A stretch of DNA of 64,000 bases. Origin: Patescibacteria group bacterium (lineage in GTDB: Bacteria > Patescibacteriota > CPR2 > UBA1875 > CAIMLA01). This document shows, one piece after another, positions 59,065-64,000 of the stretch. Numbering within the stretch: the first letter of the stretch is position 1; the number at the start of each line of letters is the position of its first letter. A program made the translations under genes and the position numbers. The notes beneath the pieces are model-generated. The model saw only the letters and a program-made list of their open reading frames with translations, was not told the DNA's origin and searched no databases. The stretch is from assembly GCA_041738615.1 (NCBI GenBank), contig JBGSPL010000001.1, positions 158,564 through 222,563 of the forward strand. Reading direction: 5' to 3'.

Positions 59065-60510
59065 CTACGACTTTGTTGGATAGTTTGAGCCTATAATAAT
59101 CTCTATGTCAGCCCCACTTGCGGAAGTACCCGTGCCCCTAGTTGCTTTGGCGGAAAAAAGTTTCTCCAGGGCTGCGATAGTAGATTTCTTGGCACCACCA
59201 GTATAGTCAATTATTGCATTTTGTGAATAAGTGGCTGTATCTGCCGTACTTATGTCTATTACATTATACCCTGTGGAGGTAAGGTTAGTAGCCGCTTTGT
59301 TCGCGAGGCCAGAGGTTGTAGTACCGTTTTGAACCGAGATCGAGGCATTTTCGGACTGGACCGAATTATCTTCAAAGATATTTTTTACGGCAGCTTGAAG
59401 CTTGCTATAATTGTATATACCCGCCCTAGGCACCAGGATATAGCCAGCGGCTCCGCTGTCGTCAATCAGTAGCCCCTCTGGGGAATTATCAAAAACCTTA
59501 TTCTTAATCTTAGCAGAATCGACGCCCTTAAAGAGCTCGATACCTCGTGGTATCTCTCCTACCGAGAAATCTGTTTTCAAGTGTTTTCCGAGCGCAGTGG
59601 CTATGTCAGAAATCTTTTGTGGATTAAGAAAGGTATCAACCGACATGACCTTGGTTTTTATCGCCGTGAGAACGATCTGCTGTCTTCTCGCCCGATCAAA
59701 GTCACTGGTAGTTTCACGAGACCTGGCATAACGCAGCGCGGTATCGCCACTCATATGCTGCTGTCCCTTTTTGATATAAAGGGCCTTGTTACCCAGACCG
59801 TCATCAGAAGGATACAGAGGGTCGTAGAGATCCTCAGTGACGTTGACATCAATACCACCAACAGCATTTACAATTTCTTTCAGTCCTGTAAAGTCTACTC
59901 GCGCATAGTAGTGAATAGGAGTCCCCAGAACTTCACTAATGGTCTTTGTTGCTAGCGCCGGACCACCGCCGGCGTATTTGTAGTATTCTCCGTAGGCATG
60001 CGCGGCATTTATCTTTGCGCTGCCATAGTCATCGATCTTAACATACAGGTCCCTAGGGACAGAAATCATCGCTGCTTGCTTGGTCTTTACGTCGTAACTT
60101 ATGACCATGATGGTATCAGAGAGATTCGCTCCATCATGTCCAGTATCTCCAACACCAAGTAAGAGAATGTTTATCCTGCCAGAGCTCTCCCCCTTTAACT
60201 GCTGGCCACTAAACAGGCTGAGTACGTTGGAACCACCGCCAAACATCGATGCCAAACGACTATACATATTCCAACCAAAGACGCCTAGACCAGCAAGCAC
60301 CACAGTCAACACCGCAAGTACAAGATATAGTTTAAGGTGTTTGATTTTTCTTTTACCTCGTTTATTGAATTTTACCGGTGTTCGGCCCTTGTTGTCCATT
60401 CTTGGGGACGATTCTTGGGGAGAGATGCTAGTAACACTCTTTTCAATCTCGTCTATAGTAAGTTTCTTTTTCTTTGCATCTTGTTTTTTCATCTTTACTA
60501 TTATAGACAA
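59065..60510 (-). CDS. LytR-CpsA-Psr (LCP) family cell-envelope phosphotransferase with C-terminal LytR_C-like domain
   Basis: N-terminal TM; INILLLGVGDTGHDGANLSDTIMVISYD...ISVPRDLYV LCP core. Confidence 0.85.
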   Translation of the reverse strand: MSIIVKMKKQDAKKKKLTIDEIEKSVTSISPQESSPRMDNKGRTPVKFNKRGKRKIKHLKLYLVLAVLTVVLAGLGVFGWNMYSRLASMFGGGSNVLSLFSGQQLKGESSGRINILLLGVGDTGHDGANLSDTIMVISYDVKTKQAAMISVPRDLYVKIDDYGSAKINAAHAYGEYYKYAGGGPALATKTISEVLGTPIHYYARVDFTGLKEIVNAVGGIDVNVTEDLYDPLYPSDDGLGNKALYIKKGQQHMSGDTALRYARSRETTSDFDRARRQQIVLTAIKTKVMSVDTFLNPQKISDIATALGKHLKTDFSVGEIPRGIELFKGVDSAKIKNKVFDNSPEGLLIDDSGAAGYILVPRAGIYNYSKLQAAVKNIFEDNSVQSENASISVQNGTTTSGLANKAATNLTSTGYNVIDISTADTATYSQNAIIDYTGGAKKSTIAALEKLFSAKATRGTGTSASGADIEIIIGSNYPTKS

Positions 60511-60575
60511 TATATCCTAGACAGCCAATACTTTTTATCCGATAATTGTACAAGCAATAGAACTAAAGTGAGGGA

Positions 60576-61472
60576 GTGCCAGTGTTAGGGTTAATAATCG
60601 TTGTATATTCAATCTACGTTCTCGGAGTTGGGAAGATGATCTGGTCAAAGAAGGTCCAACTGGTTGGTACAGAAGCCAGGGTGATGGCTGTATATTTCCT
60701 CTTTCTCGCTTTTTTCCTAGCAATCATTGCCCCACAGGTCTTTCCAGCATTTTCTTCAAACCTTTTTCTTCGAGTTCCGGTTTCACTTGGCCTAGTATTT
60801 CTTTTTCCTTACCTCTATGTTGTCGTACGAGATCTCGTTACAAAATCAGATAAGAAAGCTCAGATTGAGACCGAGGCCTATATGGGCTGGGAGATATTCA
60901 AAACCATAGTGGGAGTGGCACTCTTTGTGGTTTTCTTCCGATATTTTGTTATCCAGCCTTTCTACATAATCGGCAACAGCATGAACCCAGGTTTCCTGCA
61001 GGGTGAATACCTATTTATCGACGAAGCAAGCTACTATCTCCGCGCTCCTGCTCGAGGCGAAGTTGTTGTTTTCAAACACCCAGAGAGTGGCTGCACGGAG
61101 TTTGTGGAACAGAACAAATTCTGGAGCCGAATTGCACAAGGCCCTTGTACTAGCTACATCAAGAGAGTGATCGCGCTCCCCGGCGAAACTGTCACACTAA
61201 AAAACGGCAAATTCAAAATCAAGAATAAAGAATACCCAAGCGGAATCACTCTCAGCGAGGATTATATCGAACCAGGCGTAACAACACTGGGAGACCAAAC
61301 AGTTACTCTGGCCAAGGATGAATACTTTGTAATCGGCGACAACAGAGAACCGAATCAAAGTTACGACTCCAGACAGTGGGGCCCGCTAAAACGCGACTAC
61401 ATAACAGGCAGGGCTTGGCTACGGATGCTACCAGTGGACAAACTAGGCTTTATAACAAAAGCTAAATACTAG
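60576..61472 (+). CDS. lepB: Signal peptidase I with long N-terminal membrane extension
   Basis: GNSMNPGF (Ser box), YIKRVIALPGE (Lys box), FVIGDNREPNQSYDSRQWG. Confidence 0.85.
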   Translation: MPVLGLIIVVYSIYVLGVGKMIWSKKVQLVGTEARVMAVYFLFLAFFLAIIAPQVFPAFSSNLFLRVPVSLGLVFLFPYLYVVVRDLVTKSDKKAQIETEAYMGWEIFKTIVGVALFVVFFRYFVIQPFYIIGNSMNPGFLQGEYLFIDEASYYLRAPARGEVVVFKHPESGCTEFVEQNKFWSRIAQGPCTSYIKRVIALPGETVTLKNGKFKIKNKEYPSGITLSEDYIEPGVTTLGDQTVTLAKDEYFVIGDNREPNQSYDSRQWGPLKRDYITGRAWLRMLPVDKLGFITKAKY

Positions 61473-61475
61473 AAC

Positions 61476-61521
61476 AAAAGACAGAAGGCCGCCCGAAAGG
61501 GCGGTCTTCTGTCTTTTAACT
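61476..61521. terminator. Bidirectional terminator with 18-bp perfect stem (AAAGACAGAAGGCCGCCC-GAAA-...)
   Basis: Between convergent lepB and parB. Confidence 0.75.
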
Positions 61522-61528
61522 TTTGGCC

Positions 61529-62389
61529 TTATTTAGAGGTTAGGTTTCTATATATTCGATCTAGATCTTCTGGACTGTAGAAATCGATTGTTATTCGACC
61601 GCCGGTGCCACTGGTTTTAATCAATACCTTCGTCCCCATTACCTCAGAGAGGCGCTTCTCTGCCGCACGCACGTTCGGATCCTTCCGAACTTTGGTCGTG
61701 TTTTTCTCCTTCACGTGATGCTCGGCCTGTCGTACGTTTAGCCCGTCGCTAATGATACGGTGATAGAAGGCCAACTGGCCTTCGCGACTCTCTATCGCCA
61801 TGATGCTCCTGGCGTGCCCTTCGGTTATTTTACCTTCCATGAGCCCCTGCTTGATCTCTGCTGGCAATGTAAGGAGACGTAGGGCATTCGCTACCGTAGA
61901 TCTTGCCTTTCCGACCTTCTTAGCGGCATCTTCTTGCGTAAGGTTGAACTCTTCCATTAACCGTTTGTAAGAAAGGGCTGCCTCTATAGGACTCAGGTTT
62001 TCGCGTTGAATATTTTCAATTATGGCAACTTCGAGCTTCTTTTGCTCGTCAAACGTCCTCTCGATAGCTGGGACCTTGGTAAAACCTGCCAGCTTAGCCG
62101 CTCTCAGACGTCTCTCACCCGCAACCAGCTGATAACGCCCGTTATCTGCTTTGGTAACCAAAAGGGGCTGTATGATGCCGTATTCTCGGATTGATGCTGC
62201 CAGCTCTGCCAGAGGAGCTTCGTCGAAACTCGTTCTTGGCTGGTGTGGATTTGGATCGACCAGATTGATGTCGATTTCGATGTCTCCAGCCTTTGCCTGA
62301 GCATTGTCATCATCTACTGGAATTAATGAATCCAGCCCTCTCCCTAAACCAAAATTACTCTTTTTCTTCTTTTCCTCTACTGGCTGCAT
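61529..62389 (-). CDS. parB: Chromosome partitioning protein ParB/Spo0J
   Basis: 286 aa; IQPLLV, GERRLRAAKLAG, HTH. Confidence 0.9.
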   Translation of the reverse strand: MQPVEEKKKKSNFGLGRGLDSLIPVDDDNAQAKAGDIEIDINLVDPNPHQPRTSFDEAPLAELAASIREYGIIQPLLVTKADNGRYQLVAGERRLRAAKLAGFTKVPAIERTFDEQKKLEVAIIENIQRENLSPIEAALSYKRLMEEFNLTQEDAAKKVGKARSTVANALRLLTLPAEIKQGLMEGKITEGHARSIMAIESREGQLAFYHRIISDGLNVRQAEHHVKEKNTTKVRKDPNVRAAEKRLSEVMGTKVLIKTSGTGGRITIDFYSPEDLDRIYRNLTSK

Positions 62390-63144
62390 TTGATGTGTAC
62401 CTCCTTGGCCAGCTGCTTGTATGCAGTTGCCCCCTTACCAAACTTGTCATAGTGCATAATTGTTTTCCCGTATGATGGTGCTTCTGCAAGGCGGATATTG
62501 CGAGGAATAATAGTATCAAAAACTTTATTCGGGAAGTGCTTCTTCACCTCGGATTCCACTTGCCTAGAAAGCAACGTATTCTTATTGTACATCGTAAGCA
62601 GCACCCCCAGAAGCGCTAGCTTTGGGTTTAGGTTCATCCGAACCCTCTGTACTGTATGAAGTAGCTGAGAGAGTCCCTCGAGAGCATAAAACTCAGTTTG
62701 GACAGGTATCAAGATACTATCGGCGCTTACCAGGCCATTTACAGTCAGAATCCCGAGTGATGGTGGTGAGTCTATCACAATATAATCATACTCATGCTTA
62801 ATCTTCTCGATAGCCTGCTTTAGACGATGTTCCCTGGCAATCTGGCTAGCAAGCTCCACTTCGGCGGCAGCCAAAACCACGGATGCTGGCGCTACGTCCA
62901 AGCCTTTAACGTTTGTAGAAACACGAATATCTCGTATAGGAGTTTCCCGCACCAAGACGTCATAGAGGCTGCCCCTTACGGTGTTTTTATCCACGCCAAG
63001 GCCGCTGGTCGCATTTCCTTGGGGGTCAAGATCGATAAGCAGCACCTTGCTGCCGTTCTTGGCTAGGTATCCAGCCAAGTTTACAGTGGTGGTCGTCTTT
63101 CCGACTCCGCCCTTTTGATTTGTTACAACTATTACATTAGCCAC
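62377..63144 (-). CDS. parA: Chromosome partitioning ATPase ParA/Soj
   Basis: deviant Walker A KGGVGKTT. Confidence 0.95.
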   Translation of the reverse strand: MANVIVVTNQKGGVGKTTTTVNLAGYLAKNGSKVLLIDLDPQGNATSGLGVDKNTVRGSLYDVLVRETPIRDIRVSTNVKGLDVAPASVVLAAAEVELASQIAREHRLKQAIEKIKHEYDYIVIDSPPSLGILTVNGLVSADSILIPVQTEFYALEGLSQLLHTVQRVRMNLNPKLALLGVLLTMYNKNTLLSRQVESEVKKHFPNKVFDTIIPRNIRLAEAPSYGKTIMHYDKFGKGATAYKQLAKEVHIKCSQ

Positions 63145-63189
63145 GAAACAATCTTACCAAAATTGTAGCGGTTTTAATAGTAAAAGATA

Positions 63190-63226
63190 AAAAAAGAGAC
63201 TGCGACGGCAGCCTCTTTTTTTATCT
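63190..63226. terminator. Hairpin GAGACTGC-GACG-GCAGCCTC flanked by A-run/T-run
   Basis: Seen directly between parA start side and the next gene. Confidence 0.55.
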
Positions 63227-63228
63227 AG

Positions 63229-63687
63229 CTATAAGGGAAATAATTGAACAAATATATCTTCCCCACCAGAGAGATGCATTTTTAGATAAAACACCGCCAT
63301 GCAGGCGATACCGGCAGAGATCATAACCATAAGGAAAATGAGGAAAACCGTAACAGTCCACTTCATCGCCCTGTCTATGTCAAAGTCCTTGAGTTCGGCA
63401 AAAAACTTCTTCTCGAAATCCTTGACTCTTACCGCGTGCTCCTTGACGTACTTGTCTCCGCGCACTCCCTCAACATAAACCTTATGCCAGGCAATACGAC
63501 CACAGATAAGCCCCACCAGGATACCAGCGAGCAAGAGAACTAAGAAATAGAGCGCTACCACCCAATCTCCCTGAATGTTGTTAGTAATCATTACCAGACT
63601 GATAAGACCTACCAGAGCTGTCGCTGTAAGTGCACCGGTAGCTATCCAAAGCATGCGGTAAACAAACTTCTTTGTTTTGTGATTCAT
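63229..63687 (-). CDS. Hypothetical membrane protein (152 aa, 4 TM)
   Basis: ORF with hydrophobic helices; no motif. Confidence 0.45.
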   Translation of the reverse strand: MNHKTKKFVYRMLWIATGALTATALVGLISLVMITNNIQGDWVVALYFLVLLLAGILVGLICGRIAWHKVYVEGVRGDKYVKEHAVRVKDFEKKFFAELKDFDIDRAMKWTVTVFLIFLMVMISAGIACMAVFYLKMHLSGGEDIFVQLFPL

Positions 63688-63747
63688 ATTCCCTCCTAAT
63701 TCCTATTCATTATGAAATTATCTGAGGCATAATGCAACAGTTTTTCT

Positions 63748-63993
63748 TTAAGAGTCATTTAAAACATCGCAGGTCTTGCTGCCAAATTGCCCCTTCTTTA
63801 TATACAAACGACAATACGGTGAGCCAGCTTTACCAGCCAGGAGTGCCTTTTTGCAGACTTCTCTTTGGTCTTCGGCAATTGGCTTGGAGTTTGCGTTTAT
63901 TAGTAATGCCGCTATCACTTGATAGACAAGATAAAAGAATACTACTGTAGCCAGCACAAACCCTGCAAAGATATATAGTAAGTTCATAGACAC
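63748..63993 (-). CDS. Hypothetical small membrane protein (81 aa)
   Basis: N-terminal TM helix; start near window end. Confidence 0.35.
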   Translation of the reverse strand: MSMNLLYIFAGFVLATVVFFYLVYQVIAALLINANSKPIAEDQREVCKKALLAGKAGSPYCRLYIKKGQFGSKTCDVLNDS

Positions 63994-64000
63994 CTCCTTT

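Overview
This 64-kb window reads like a small-genome bacterium, plausibly a Patescibacteria/CPR-type such as Saccharibacteria, with about 42-46% GC and tightly packed housekeeping genes, mostly on the minus strand. Recognisable genes include secA, hpf, four aminoacyl-tRNA synthetases (serS, class I lysRS, glyQS, cysS) plus proS, greA, recO, recR-ybaB, dnaB-dnaX, tgt, rplJL, metK, a DEAD-box helicase, gmk, a folate/thymidylate block (glyA, folD, folA, thyA, dcd-like, dCMP deaminase), mrdA-mreDCB, rseP-uppS-frr-tsf-rpsB, rpmE-prfA, htrA, an LCP protein, lepB, parAB, one tRNA-Gln and a Gtr-like glycosylation locus. The main anomaly is a roughly 8-kb, compositionally mosaic island (about 28.87-36.86 kb) with stretches near 60% GC. 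It carries about a dozen genes I could not assign a function, a PIF1-family SF1B helicase, a GIY-YIG-like nuclease protein, a YkgJ-type Cys-cluster protein, a DUF4352 membrane protein and a repeated roughly 50-bp palindromic terminator element. It sits between the rplJ leader terminator and a SAM-I riboswitch/metK, and I saw no integrase. I read it as horizontally acquired cargo of unknown function, either a candidate defense, toxin or mobile module or transfer from a high-GC host. Other points of interest are a SAM-I-like riboswitch with a terminator ahead of metK, a greA leader with promoter plus intrinsic terminator, an orphan promoter-to-terminator unit at 11.52-11.79 kb, and a partial duplicate of the tRNA-Gln 3' end. 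No CRISPR array or rRNA was seen. All calls are from reading translations and motifs by eye; no database search was run.
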